From the IMG/VR virus record IMGVR_UViG_3300012682_000004, positions 1 through 35,611 of that record: DNA of 35,611 bases; one strand, 5' to 3'. The DNA comes from a virus (taxonomy: Duplodnaviria > Caudoviricetes). A program made the translations under genes and the position numbers. A model generated the notes under the pieces. It worked only from the letters and a program-made list of their open reading frames with translations. It made no database searches and had not been told where the DNA came from. This document shows, piece after piece, positions 15,685 to 25,943 of this stretch. Every line of letters begins with the position of its first letter. Within the stretch, counting starts at the first letter, position 1.

Positions 15685-17913
15685 TTAGAACGCTCCTTGA
15701 GTTACTTGTTGAGTTTCAACACCACCGCCGTATAGCAGGGTGTTCTGACGAGAGTTTTCGAGTCGTTCCTTGAGGGCGGCGAATTTAGCGCGGGCGACTG
15801 CCGGTGAGTCGGTCGTTCTAGGTAGCGCTCTGATAATAACGGCAGCGTCGGCGTCTGATACCTGACCGCCGCCATTGATAGCTTTGGCAATCTGAGTTGA
15901 AGCCGAGGCTGATAGGTCGTTATACGAGGCTACGTTATCGTTTGCGCCAACCTTAGATAGTGTATTAGCCAGTAAACCGCCAACCTTGCCACTACCACCG
16001 CCAGTACTAGCAAATAACTGCTCTAGCTGGTTAAGTGTACCGATACCGTTGGCGCTGGTAGCTAGTGATGATTTGGATTGAGCGTTCAGGGCGCCTTCTT
16101 CTTTTGTGGCAGCGAATATACCGTCCAGTTCCTTATAGTAACTAATATACTGTTTAGCGTTCTTTGGGTCGCGCTGAATATCAGCCATGAGGTTATCACG
16201 TGAGTATGGCGAGCCTTGTGGCTGTTGATTGCCACCAAGTCCGGCCATGCCTGAGTCTTGTTGTTGACCAGACTGCTCTTGACCGTTTGCACCAGCTAGT
16301 AAGCCACTGAAGTCATTTGTGCCGGTTTGTGGCTTACTAGCACCACTGAGGGCGTTATATAGGCTAGGGTCTTGGGTTGGGTCATCACCAGCTGGATTGC
16401 TTCGGTCTCCGATAGCAAAGGCAGGGACGGCGGCTCTGGTGGCACTAAGTGTTGAACCAGCGGCTTCACCAAGTCCACCGACAACACCGACTCGACCAGC
16501 GATACTTTTAGCACCTTGACCGGCGAGTGGGACTCCTGTAATGTCTTTGGCTGCGACACGGTTTAGAGCCGCACCAGCTAATCTTGAAGCACCGGGCTGA
16601 ACGGCTGCGGCTGTACCGGCTAATAAGGAGCTGGCTATGTTACCGCCACTCTTAAAAGCATCACCAACTCGGCCACCATACGTCAATAGGTTTGTATCAC
16701 CCTCTTTAATTACCCGGCTCATATCGACAAACGGCTTGATACTACTTCTTAAGTCTCCAACGGTCTTAGATGACATGATTGATTCATCAACGTATTTTGT
16801 CCATTGTGTATTATTAGGTTGTAGTTTTACTAGCTGCAATCGAGCTTCGGGAGTCAATATATTGTTTAAGTTCTTATTAGCTCCGGCGGCCCCATATAGT
16901 GAGTCTCGAAGTTCATTTTTTACCTTTGTTAAGACGGCGGCCTTCTCTGATGTTTCAGCCGTTACATTCTTGTAGTTTCCGCCCGCACCTTTCAGGTCGG
17001 CTATGCGCTTCTCTAGTTGTCTAACAGTCTGCATTACCTGTCCAGGGTCGGCATTATCACCTAGCGCACCAAGTTTACCGTCAACAACCGCAGCGACACT
17101 TTTAAGCTCTTTCCCAACCAACCCAATGTCAGCAACAGCCTCATTAAAGACTTTTTTAACCCCGACTGTGGGTACTGTCGTAGCGCCTTGGATAGATTTA
17201 GCCACTAGGTTGTCTACAATTCCGTTGCCGCCTGTGATAGCGCTGGATATTCGGTCAACATCTTTTGATTTTGTTATACCGGCGTTAGCCAATTTAGTTA
17301 TAGCGCCCTTAGCGTCTACACTTCTAGCTATGTTCTTTCCGATTGTGCCGTACTGTTGGGATAGCAGGGTAGAGCTTAAATCGCCCATTCGTCCGGTGGC
17401 GCTAGTCTTGAGAGGCTCTTTAGCTACCTGACCAACCGCCCCCGCCACATCATCACTAGATTGTATAAGTGCGTTACTAAGGCTCGTTGGAGCTGTCTTA
17501 CCGGCAGCACCTAGACTCATACCACTAATTCCCTTGAGACCTTTTACTAAGCCTCCGGGACCGGCACCGAGTACGCCTGAGATAGTACCCTCTTTGAGAG
17601 CATCGCCAATGCGGTATTCATCATCACGGATTTTGTTCTCAGCTAGTCGGCCACCAGTACCACCAGCGAAGCCACCAATACCAGCACCGAGTATGCCACC
17701 AATAGCTGTACCGATACCCGGAACAATCGAACCAATAGCCGCACCTGTCGCAGCACCAGCTAATGCACCGCCAGTACCACCGGCTTCTGATATGAAACTG
17801 GTTGCAGAACCACCGCGTCCCCGTCTTTTGGTCGTGACTGGCGCACCGAACTCAATCGGTTGGTAATTTGCTTGTAGGGCAGCTAGTTTTTCGTTAGAGA
17901 AGAAATTAGCCAT
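15685..17913 (-). CDS. Putative DNA ejection/internal virion protein
   Basis: Ala/Gly-rich helical protein; glycine zipper GALAGAATGAAIGSIVPGIGTAIGG; position in module. Confidence 0.65.
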   Translation of the reverse strand: MANFFSNEKLAALQANYQPIEFGAPVTTKRRGRGGSATSFISEAGGTGGALAGAATGAAIGSIVPGIGTAIGGILGAGIGGFAGGTGGRLAENKIRDDEYRIGDALKEGTISGVLGAGPGGLVKGLKGISGMSLGAAGKTAPTSLSNALIQSSDDVAGAVGQVAKEPLKTSATGRMGDLSSTLLSQQYGTIGKNIARSVDAKGAITKLANAGITKSKDVDRISSAITGGNGIVDNLVAKSIQGATTVPTVGVKKVFNEAVADIGLVGKELKSVAAVVDGKLGALGDNADPGQVMQTVRQLEKRIADLKGAGGNYKNVTAETSEKAAVLTKVKNELRDSLYGAAGANKNLNNILTPEARLQLVKLQPNNTQWTKYVDESIMSSKTVGDLRSSIKPFVDMSRVIKEGDTNLLTYGGRVGDAFKSGGNIASSLLAGTAAAVQPGASRLAGAALNRVAAKDITGVPLAGQGAKSIAGRVGVVGGLGEAAGSTLSATRAAVPAFAIGDRSNPAGDDPTQDPSLYNALSGASKPQTGTNDFSGLLAGANGQEQSGQQQDSGMAGLGGNQQPQGSPYSRDNLMADIQRDPKNAKQYISYYKELDGIFAATKEEGALNAQSKSSLATSANGIGTLNQLEQLFASTGGGSGKVGGLLANTLSKVGANDNVASYNDLSASASTQIAKAINGGGQVSDADAAVIIRALPRTTDSPAVARAKFAALKERLENSRQNTLLYGGGVETQQVTQGAF

Positions 17914-17915
17914 TG

Positions 17916-18662
17916 TTAGTAGCTCACTCGGTTATTTACTACAGCTGATAAGGGAACCCCACCGTTGAATAGGTCGGGTCGGGCTTGTTGGTAAAGCTGT
18001 ATCTTAATTTTGTCCATCTGGTTGCCACGTTGGGCGCTTTTAAGGGTAGCAGCGTAGTCAGACTTTATAGTTTGGGCATTTTTGGTGTTTAAGAAGCTCA
18101 TGGCTGAGTTAAATGCTTGTTGCTCGGCGGGAGCTACTTTTGGTTGGGCTGCTTGAGCTTGAGCAGCCTGGGCGGCTTGTTGTCCGCCTAATGATGCTCC
18201 AAATGACGGCATAGCTACAGATGATGCAGCCGAGGCAGCCCTAGCAGCTCGTTCAGACGCTTGTTGTTGGAGGTTGAATTGACGGGTTTGTTCATCGCGG
18301 TTCATTTCACCTTCTCGGAGCTGGGTGGCATACTTTCGTTGGTCTAAGTTGACGTTATTAAGTGAGTCGAGTAGTGATGTTCTGGTGTCATTTACGGACT
18401 GTTTAACACGAGCCACGGCCGGTAAGAAGCTACTAGCAGTGTACTTAGCTTGTTCAGCTATTGGTATACCTGAGAAGCCGACACCCCGGTCACGTGCGCC
18501 AGCGGTAATATCACCAAAGGCTTGTTCTTGTGTGGCGCGAAGTCCAGCAACCTCAGAATCAGCCTGACCAGCCAGACCGTCTATTTTTTGGTTGATGAGC
18601 TGACGGGATGGATTATACCCAGCATCTAGTTCAGAGATTATTTGGTCTAATGAGCGCGCCAT
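17916..18662 (-). CDS. Putative ejection/internal virion protein
   Basis: Q/A-rich coiled coil, ARDRGVGFSG; position in module. Confidence 0.65.
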   Translation of the reverse strand: MARSLDQIISELDAGYNPSRQLINQKIDGLAGQADSEVAGLRATQEQAFGDITAGARDRGVGFSGIPIAEQAKYTASSFLPAVARVKQSVNDTRTSLLDSLNNVNLDQRKYATQLREGEMNRDEQTRQFNLQQQASERAARAASAASSVAMPSFGASLGGQQAAQAAQAQAAQPKVAPAEQQAFNSAMSFLNTKNAQTIKSDYAATLKSAQRGNQMDKIKIQLYQQARPDLFNGGVPLSAVVNNRVSY

Positions 18663-18720
18663 AGTTACACTGCCGTCTACCCTCGTTGTTGGGCATTATA
18701 TAGTACTAAAGCTTAAAATA

Positions 18721-19329
18721 CTAGTTAATGGTTTCCTGAAGGACATAATAGGTAATCGGATATGGCCCGCCAGTCACACTAGCGGCTCCGGTCACGAAGA
18801 TTTGTAAGGTAGTTCTTACAAAAAAGTTTATATTCGTACTATCCATAGAAAAGTTGATTGTACTGACTCCGTAAAAATTGTTAGTACTGGTGGTGGAACG
18901 ATTACCCTCACCCGGCAGCTGTATAGAGTAGCCACCAAAATCAACATAAGCTAGTACGATTGGCACTTTAGCTTGACCGTGTGGCACAAGTAATGAACCT
19001 CCACCTTGGTAAATACCAACAGCATTTCCAGCCACATCAGACGCGGTTACTGTAGTTGTACCTTTGGAGACTATTTTAAGGCTGTTCTGGGTGCTGTTGA
19101 ATGTCAGTTCGTCGTTTGTAGCGGTAATGACGTTCTTACCGTCTTTGGCCACCTGAATGACCGACTTACCAGTACCATCAATACCGATAAAAATGCTTGG
19201 TACACCGTTACGGTCATAGTACAGCTTTTTGGTACCCTCCTGGTCTAATTCGGCAAAGTTCTTGTTAATTAGGGCGGTTTGTTGGGACTGGTCTACGTTG
19301 ACTGGTATTGGGATAAATCGATTGCTCAC
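18721..19329 (-). CDS. Virion tail protein
   Basis: Beta-rich, HGQAKVPIV; follows the nozzle gene. Confidence 0.65.
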   Translation of the reverse strand: MSNRFIPIPVNVDQSQQTALINKNFAELDQEGTKKLYYDRNGVPSIFIGIDGTGKSVIQVAKDGKNVITATNDELTFNSTQNSLKIVSKGTTTVTASDVAGNAVGIYQGGGSLLVPHGQAKVPIVLAYVDFGGYSIQLPGEGNRSTTSTNNFYGVSTINFSMDSTNINFFVRTTLQIFVTGAASVTGGPYPITYYVLQETIN

Positions 19330-21302
19330 TAATTGATCCTCTGAGTTTCAATTTTTAAGATATGACCGTCAAAGCTGACTGGTTGGCGGGCGGCGTACTT
19401 ACGATAGCGGATTTGTAAGCGTCGGAACTCACCCGGTATCATTGGGCCGTCATCGGTCGGGTTAATCTGGGCAGCTGAACCGTACGTGAGGCCGCTGTTG
19501 AATGTTTTGCCACTGTCAAATGTTGCGCCGATAGGTTGGAGATTCAATAAGGTGTAGTTCGGTGCATCGTTATAGTCGAGCGCATAGCCGACTTCTATAG
19601 AATATTTACCAGTTGTGGCGTCAAAGTGTGGCCGGAACAGTGGCGCTCGTTTGAACTGGGCGGGGGTGTCGTAATGGTCGTAGCGAGTTCGTAGCTCATA
19701 AGTAAATGGTTCACCGCAGTTGTTATAGTCATTGGTTGCCCGTTCACCGAGCATTACAAAGCCAGCTCGGTTACTGCCTTGTAAGAAGTAGTTGTCGGTA
19801 TCAAATAGAGTATAGCTCCGGTTAATGTAGGTGTTGGTGTCTTCGCTCTCCCATATTTTATATAAGGTATTGTAGACCTGACAGCGAGAGTTTCGGTCTT
19901 GGCCGTTCGGGGTGTAGTAGATATATAGGCGGTTGTCGTGCAGTTCCAGTACGGTGTTTTCTTTAGCAATTATACCGTTCCACCAGTCCAGCACGTCTTC
20001 GGACAGGTTGACCTCCTCGGCACCGTTAAAGCGGTATATACCGTCATCACCGGCTAGGTATATGTAATCCTCGTCAAATACGATAGATTCCTGGCTAAAC
20101 GTACCCTTTTGCCCGATAGCACTATCAAGCTGGAATGTAGCGTTTTGAGCGCCGTAGAGAATATATTTTGAGTTCCTAGTGATGATGTATAGGTTGCCGT
20201 TCAGACGGGCTTTAGCGGTTATCGGGTCGCCGGTTTTGGGGGCTGGTACAAGTATAAAGTCAGTGCTGGTAAACGTATCGTAGATACCGAAGTTAGTGTA
20301 GAACTCACGAGTTACGTCGTCAGCGTCAGTGTAGAACAGGATGCCTTTATGCTCGAATATATTGGTCGCGTTGCTGGGGGCGGTTGTAACCTCAGTAGCG
20401 GTGGTGAAGTTATACTTACGTGGTTTCTGCAATCCGGTTATGTAGTAGAGAGTGTCGTTGACAAATGCAAACCGGACATAAGTGCTGTTGGTATTGATAC
20501 CGCTGTCAACTGAGGTTGTTACGCCGGTTGTTTCGTTAATTGAGTAGAGGTCGGTGCCGTGTGCCATAAAAGTGTACTTTATGCCGTTGGATCGCCGGAC
20601 TCTAATAACGCCTTTAGTGCCACCAGACGTTGCAGTGCTTAGTCGAGCGTTAATAGCTACGGTTTGGTTAGTCCAGCTAGTTCCACTGTCAACACTCAGA
20701 CTGCTAGTACTGGCGTTGGTTGTCGTGCTGACCTGATAACTGCCTGTCCCACCTTGCTGGGTAAATATGACCATCCAGTAAGCCGTACCACTAACAACAG
20801 ACGGACAGGTGATTGAGCGAGCTTTTAGGTATTGCAACGTGGCTGTGACGGCACTAGCAGCTATTGTGCTACGGAATAGTTCAGTGCCTGGCTTGTTAGC
20901 ATTATCAGAGTATAGGGCAACTACTACCGTACCAGTCGCACCGTTAGCGTTCTTAATGTTCACTTCAAGGCTCGTTAGAGGCCCTGTAGTCGTAGCGGTC
21001 AGCTTTTGAGCTAGATACTGCGTAGTTGAGAATGAAGTTAGGCTAGCGCCTATCACAGAGCTGATGTTAGCACTGACGGACTCGCCTATCGGGATACTGA
21101 ACGGGTCACTGCCGAGCCGAGTTGACCATTTACCAACATTGTACTCACGAGCATCGGTAATATAGCGCCAGTTATCAGGCGGGCTTATATCATTACTTAG
21201 GTTGGTGTTTTTACCTTGCTTGTATTCGTAGTCCTTGGTCTGGGTTTTGTTGGTAGTGACGCTAGGGACTACGACGCGGCGGCGGTTACGTGACCGAATC
21301 AT
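19329..21302 (-). CDS. Tail nozzle/hub (P22 gp10/T7 gp12-like) with an inserted beta-sandwich
   Basis: 657 aa, beta-propeller-like, GTFSQESI...YIYLAGDDGIYRFNG; follows the adaptor. Confidence 0.7.
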   Translation of the reverse strand: MIRSRNRRRVVVPSVTTNKTQTKDYEYKQGKNTNLSNDISPPDNWRYITDAREYNVGKWSTRLGSDPFSIPIGESVSANISSVIGASLTSFSTTQYLAQKLTATTTGPLTSLEVNIKNANGATGTVVVALYSDNANKPGTELFRSTIAASAVTATLQYLKARSITCPSVVSGTAYWMVIFTQQGGTGSYQVSTTTNASTSSLSVDSGTSWTNQTVAINARLSTATSGGTKGVIRVRRSNGIKYTFMAHGTDLYSINETTGVTTSVDSGINTNSTYVRFAFVNDTLYYITGLQKPRKYNFTTATEVTTAPSNATNIFEHKGILFYTDADDVTREFYTNFGIYDTFTSTDFILVPAPKTGDPITAKARLNGNLYIITRNSKYILYGAQNATFQLDSAIGQKGTFSQESIVFDEDYIYLAGDDGIYRFNGAEEVNLSEDVLDWWNGIIAKENTVLELHDNRLYIYYTPNGQDRNSRCQVYNTLYKIWESEDTNTYINRSYTLFDTDNYFLQGSNRAGFVMLGERATNDYNNCGEPFTYELRTRYDHYDTPAQFKRAPLFRPHFDATTGKYSIEVGYALDYNDAPNYTLLNLQPIGATFDSGKTFNSGLTYGSAAQINPTDDGPMIPGEFRRLQIRYRKYAARQPVSFDGHILKIETQRIN

Positions 21303-21962
21303 CTAGTTACTAACTCGCACCCGGCCATTGCTGGGGGCTTTACGTGCGCCCATACTCCGGCCATTGTGCCTGATTTGCATAGATTCCAGGCCGTCTTCGT
21401 ATTCTTGTTTGTAAGTGGCAGCTACGTCATGGTTGCCACGGTACTTCTCAGCTCGGTAGTCAGCGTATAGTTCGAGCAGTTCTCGGAATACTTCGGGTAC
21501 TTCTGGTATAGCGGTGTCATTAGTGAGGGGGGTTGGGTTGCGGTAGTAGCGTAGGTTTAGAGTATAAGCCTTATCTAGCGGGCAGTTGAAGTATATCTGG
21601 TCGCCAAATTCAGTCCAGGCGCTTGGTAGGTTAGCAGCTTCACTAGCCGGGTCAGGATAAGCGTCAAAGAACATATCAGAGCTGACGTAGGTGCTGGTGT
21701 TAAGCTTAAACTGGCGCTTGCTGTCGGTCGGGTCAACCAGTACGCCACCAATCGTCACTTGCCAGTCGGCTTGCATATCAAACGTATACTCGTTAATTAT
21801 CAGTATACCGGTAACTGACTTCTCAGAAAATCGGAACGTGTGGGTATTGAATATGTTATTTTGAGCGTAATTGATATAGCGACCTATACGGCTGCTACTA
21901 AATCCGGTGTCTTTTAAGTCATCTTGGACTGATGTTTTGAGGTCTAGTAGGTTATAAGCCAT
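21303..21962 (-). CDS. Head-tail adaptor
   Basis: L...VQDDL.D, YINYAQ, P.DKAY.L.L.YY, PEVPE.F.ELL. Confidence 0.75.
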   Translation of the reverse strand: MAYNLLDLKTSVQDDLKDTGFSSSRIGRYINYAQNNIFNTHTFRFSEKSVTGILIINEYTFDMQADWQVTIGGVLVDPTDSKRQFKLNTSTYVSSDMFFDAYPDPASEAANLPSAWTEFGDQIYFNCPLDKAYTLNLRYYRNPTPLTNDTAIPEVPEVFRELLELYADYRAEKYRGNHDVAATYKQEYEDGLESMQIRHNGRSMGARKAPSNGRVRVSN

Positions 21963-22025
21963 GTCAATAGCCGCCGCCTACCCTGTTGAGTTAAATTGTA
22001 GCACGTTATGGGGCTATCGGTATAG

Positions 22026-22265
22026 TTAGTGTTGATCACCTGGTGTCCAGGTGATATTGACGGTATCGTTATCGGGGTCAAAGCCGCCGTCAACCTCAAT
22101 GTTGTAGTTATCGATGTCAATTATGGCAAAGCCGTCGATATCGGCTAGTATGGCTTTGAGCAAAATGTTACCATCAGGTTGCCAAGTAGTGCTTATGATG
22201 TCGTTTTCGGGCGTTATGATGACAGAAGTTGTCTGTCCTGTCCCCCAAGTTACTGCTACGGGCAT
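22026..22265 (-). CDS. Acidic hypothetical protein, 79 aa
   Basis: ORF track; TAATG-coupled to a uORF. Confidence 0.6.
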   Translation of the reverse strand: MPVAVTWGTGQTTSVIITPENDIISTTWQPDGNILLKAILADIDGFAIIDIDNYNIEVDGGFDPDNDTVNITWTPGDQH

Positions 22266-22306
22266 TAGTAGAGTCTCTGTTGTTGGTTTGGAATGTTCAT
22301 ATCTAC

Positions 22307-22335
22307 CTTATACCTAATCGTTAATATGTATGCAA
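22307..22335 (-). promoter_or_regulatory. Sigma70 promoter
   Basis: TTGCAT-17-TATAAG, ATG 6 nt later. Confidence 0.55.
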
Positions 22336-22381
22336 GCTTTGGGGTTTAGCATATGTTGTCAAACTGTTTATGGTTAAGAGA

Positions 22382-23626
22382 TTAAAAGAAGTTAAAAAAT
22401 CCTTTAGTATCTTGAACATATCCGACTGGTGGGGGACTGCCAGCGCTAGCCGATTTAATAGCGATTATACTGGCGATACCGCCTTGGGCCGTGTTGATTG
22501 TAAAGTTGGCGGTTTGCGACCCGGCGCTTGTGACGTTTTTGCTTTCCATTGCAGCTGATAGGAAGTCGCCACCGTTAGCCACACTAAGGTTAGAGTATCC
22601 CGCACCTAGCGTAAAGCCAACACTGGTACTATCTACCCCAACAGCGCCCACTATTAAATCATTAGCATTAGTTGTCGTAGCGGTAGCACTAGGAGCTGTT
22701 GAGGTAGCAACGGCGGCATAAGCGAATACATCTATCGGCGAACTTGTAGCTACACCCGATATTTCCCGAAGCACCATAGCCCTAGTAACAAAATTCGTCG
22801 TAGTAATCGTAATTGTAGGCGTTCCACCGGCGGCCGACTGTACATACCACCAATCACCAACCCTGCTATTCTGAACATCACTAGACACCTTTACCCAAGT
22901 ATTTGTATTAGTATCAGCCACAGCAGTTACGTTGTTAGCAGTACCGTTGTGACTTATCCAGAGTAATAAGAAGTTACCCGGCACAACTGGATTAGTCGGG
23001 GCGATAGTTGATGTTAATACATAACCGGCCGTGCTAGCTGTAGCTGATTGTATGACGTTTTGGGTATCAAGTAGCAGAACACCAGTTCCATCTTCTAGTA
23101 GGTAGCCGTCGGTGGTAGCGCTACTATAGGTGACTTCTACTTCCACCCGACTGATAAAAGCGGTTTGACCACCGGCTACTATAGTGCTGAGTCTTGATAC
23201 AAATCCAAGACTTTGTGTACCGCCATTTGTCCTAATATCTGCTCCGATATCGGAAGCTTGAGATGTTTCTGGATAAGTGTAAATAGTTGCTTCTAAGTCG
23301 TTTACTCCTTGCCAAGTCCAACCACCGGTCGGAGTGGTTAAGACTTTATAGCTTCCGTATGAAGCAGTACCAATACCATCACTCGACCAATAGCCGTGTA
23401 CCCTTGCTCGTACTCCAACTATTGTTGGGCCGGTAATTGGCGCGTTAGTTCCTTCACCTTTCAAAGCTTCACCATATGCGCTGCTGAATGCGTAAGTCGT
23501 TAAGCTGCCGTCAAAGGCATTTACATCATTTGTCCAAAATGCACCAGCATCAACCGGCCCTGCGTCAGACACATCAAAGTAGTACGTTGCTACTGTGGCG
23601 GTGTCTAAAAGATACCTGTCAGCCAT
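22382..23626 (-). CDS. Virion fibre/decoration protein
   Basis: Thr/Ala/Gly beta-rich; DGYLLEDG motif. Confidence 0.75.
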   Translation of the reverse strand: MADRYLLDTATVATYYFDVSDAGPVDAGAFWTNDVNAFDGSLTTYAFSSAYGEALKGEGTNAPITGPTIVGVRARVHGYWSSDGIGTASYGSYKVLTTPTGGWTWQGVNDLEATIYTYPETSQASDIGADIRTNGGTQSLGFVSRLSTIVAGGQTAFISRVEVEVTYSSATTDGYLLEDGTGVLLLDTQNVIQSATASTAGYVLTSTIAPTNPVVPGNFLLLWISHNGTANNVTAVADTNTNTWVKVSSDVQNSRVGDWWYVQSAAGGTPTITITTTNFVTRAMVLREISGVATSSPIDVFAYAAVATSTAPSATATTTNANDLIVGAVGVDSTSVGFTLGAGYSNLSVANGGDFLSAAMESKNVTSAGSQTANFTINTAQGGIASIIAIKSASAGSPPPVGYVQDTKGFFNFF

Positions 23627-23631
23627 AATGG

Positions 23632-24267
23632 TTAAGCAATCTTAGTTAGTTCCAAGAACGAGTTGGCCATCACCCTTGCGGCACTACCAGCAATCTCTGA
23701 AGCAAACTTGAACTCTAGGCTACCGGTAGCGGTCACGACTAGCAAGCCACGGACTATAAGCAGTTGGTTGCCATTGGCAGTACCAACTCCGGCCGTTGCT
23801 TTAGAGCTGGTATTCAACACACGTTCGGCATGGCCTTCATGTAGTCCGGCCAACTGAACCGTTGCTATACCGTCAGCCACACCGGTGGCGGCGGCCCCAC
23901 CAGTCGAAAGGAAGTCTGAGTGCATTTGGTAGGTTGAAACTGTACCTGTATGGTTATTAGCAATCTTTATACCGGTTGTCGTAGCGGCCGTCTGGAACAG
24001 TACCGTGTATTCAAAGTGCCAAGTTCCAGCACCGACACCAGTGGTTGTCATAACCGTGGCTGGTGTAATGGTCGTGTTGTCTGCTGAATTAGCTGATAAC
24101 ATCTGAAGCGTCTTAAACGGGCCGGCTGGCCCGGTATTACCAGCTATGCGGTCAAATAGCAACTCAATGCTGGCTTGCCTCGATGAACCCCCTTGTACGA
24201 CCGCAAAAGTGTCAGCCGGGTTTAGGGTAGTCGCTGGGGTTAGGGCGCTTATTTTAGTATCGGGCAT
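23632..24267 (-). CDS. Fibre protein
   Basis: N-terminal DTKISAL...VQGG fibre motif. Confidence 0.75.
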   Translation of the reverse strand: MPDTKISALTPATTLNPADTFAVVQGGSSRQASIELLFDRIAGNTGPAGPFKTLQMLSANSADNTTITPATVMTTTGVGAGTWHFEYTVLFQTAATTTGIKIANNHTGTVSTYQMHSDFLSTGGAAATGVADGIATVQLAGLHEGHAERVLNTSSKATAGVGTANGNQLLIVRGLLVVTATGSLEFKFASEIAGSAARVMANSFLELTKIA

Positions 24268-24280
24268 TAGTTACTCCTCA

Positions 24281-25942
24281 TTAAAAATTAAGTCTTTCGG
24301 CTATACAATCCCACTTTGTATCAGCGGTGCTATATTGAAAGCCAATGTAATCTGTTTTGCTGGGGGCGGTTGTAAGGGTTGGGGCCGTACCGCCAGCAAA
24401 CCTGTATATAGCATCCCAAGTGATCGTTCGCGTTCCGGTGGCATCCTGCTTAATCCTGAACATTATCTTTTGGCCGTCAAGGGCGGTTCCAGTATGCGCG
24501 GCCATTGTTCTGTTACCGGCAAGGGTGACTGTCAATATCTCGGCAGACGTGATAGTGGGGGTGATAGTTGCGCCGTCTGTTAGGGTTGTAATTCGGACTA
24601 GCCCTTTTGGTATAGCTTGCCACTCGGTCGGGTAGACGCCAGCCCCATCAGAGTCACGATACAAGGCGGTAAGTACCGTCGCGCTAGTTCTGGTCAATGT
24701 CAGCGTACCGGTTCCCTCAACTCTAGCGAATGAGTTACGGAGCGTAGTTGGTTTAAGAGGGTCGGTATTTAAATCGTTCAGTACCTTAATTGTTTTGCTG
24801 TTACCGACATAGGCATACTGGACAGACAGTTGGTTGTTCGGACTATCGGCTGTAACACTAAACATAGTACCACCGGTTTTGGTATCGATGTAGTTGCCGT
24901 TAAATTCGACATTAGCGGAGTGTTCCAGGCTTACTGCCGTGTTAAATACTTCTACATTAGACCGGAGTATCAATAAATCTCTGGTGGTATAAAAGCTTGT
25001 CGTACTACCCTTAAAGCGCCAACCGATAGAGGTTGTAGATGTACTGTTGCTATCAATGGCGTCACATTCCATAAATGTACAGATGTTAAAGAAGCCGCCG
25101 GTATCGGCCGTATCGAGGAAGTAAGCTGTGCCGTTCGGTTGGCTCAAATCCATGTGGCAATCATCAAAGGTTAGGTTGCCGGGATTGAATTGAGCATAGC
25201 TAGATTTAAGCCAGACACCGTTCTTAATGCCGAGTCCTTGTATACGTTTAAAGGTAGACCTAAATGGGGCTTCCATATTGATAGCCCAACCGGTATGAGT
25301 TGAGAAGTCACCTTGTATTTTCAAATCCTCAAAAGCGCCCATCCAAAAGCCTCGGCGGTCGTTAGCGCCTGTAGTCGGGGCGATACAGCGTATACCATCG
25401 GAAGTGCCGGACAGGTTGATACGCATCTTTTTAATGCCGGGTTTCGGCGTACCTGTTAGGGTGATAGCGTGTATGCCGCTAGCCGGGGCTAAGACGGTTG
25501 TATCAGCACCGGAACCGACCAGTTCGACATAAAGGTTATCGGCGAAATTTGCGCCGCCGGTCATAGCGATTGTAGCCGCTAATGTAAATGTTCCACCACT
25601 AAGCAGGACGCTACCGCCTTTAGTTTGGAGGGCGGTTAGGGCGGCGTTTATTTCTACGTCATCGGCCGTTCCGTCACAAACATAATTGGCGCTGGCTTTC
25701 TCAGCTACGCTAGCGGTTGAGCTGGCGACAGTTAAAGTGTTTAAGGGTGTGAATGTTGTACCACCGGATGGTACGTCACTAATCCAAGTAGTGCCGTTAG
25801 ACTTGAGGACATTGCCTGAAGTACCGGGGGCCGATAAGCCAGTCCCGCCGTTGGTTGTTGGTAGAGTTCCGCTAACTTCAGCGGCGGCCGTGGATAGGTC
25901 GAGTGGGCCAATCTGCTTACCTTGAAGTTGCGTTACTGCCAT
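24281..25942 (-). CDS. Spike with pectin-lyase-like beta-helix (putative depolymerase)
   Basis: NGGTG repeat, YVCDGTADDVEINAAL....GGSVLLSGGTF, QDATGTRTITW C-terminal domain. Confidence 0.8.
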   Translation of the reverse strand: MAVTQLQGKQIGPLDLSTAAAEVSGTLPTTNGGTGLSAPGTSGNVLKSNGTTWISDVPSGGTTFTPLNTLTVASSTASVAEKASANYVCDGTADDVEINAALTALQTKGGSVLLSGGTFTLAATIAMTGGANFADNLYVELVGSGADTTVLAPASGIHAITLTGTPKPGIKKMRINLSGTSDGIRCIAPTTGANDRRGFWMGAFEDLKIQGDFSTHTGWAINMEAPFRSTFKRIQGLGIKNGVWLKSSYAQFNPGNLTFDDCHMDLSQPNGTAYFLDTADTGGFFNICTFMECDAIDSNSTSTTSIGWRFKGSTTSFYTTRDLLILRSNVEVFNTAVSLEHSANVEFNGNYIDTKTGGTMFSVTADSPNNQLSVQYAYVGNSKTIKVLNDLNTDPLKPTTLRNSFARVEGTGTLTLTRTSATVLTALYRDSDGAGVYPTEWQAIPKGLVRITTLTDGATITPTITSAEILTVTLAGNRTMAAHTGTALDGQKIMFRIKQDATGTRTITWDAIYRFAGGTAPTLTTAPSKTDYIGFQYSTADTKWDCIAERLNF

Positions 25943-25943
25943 T

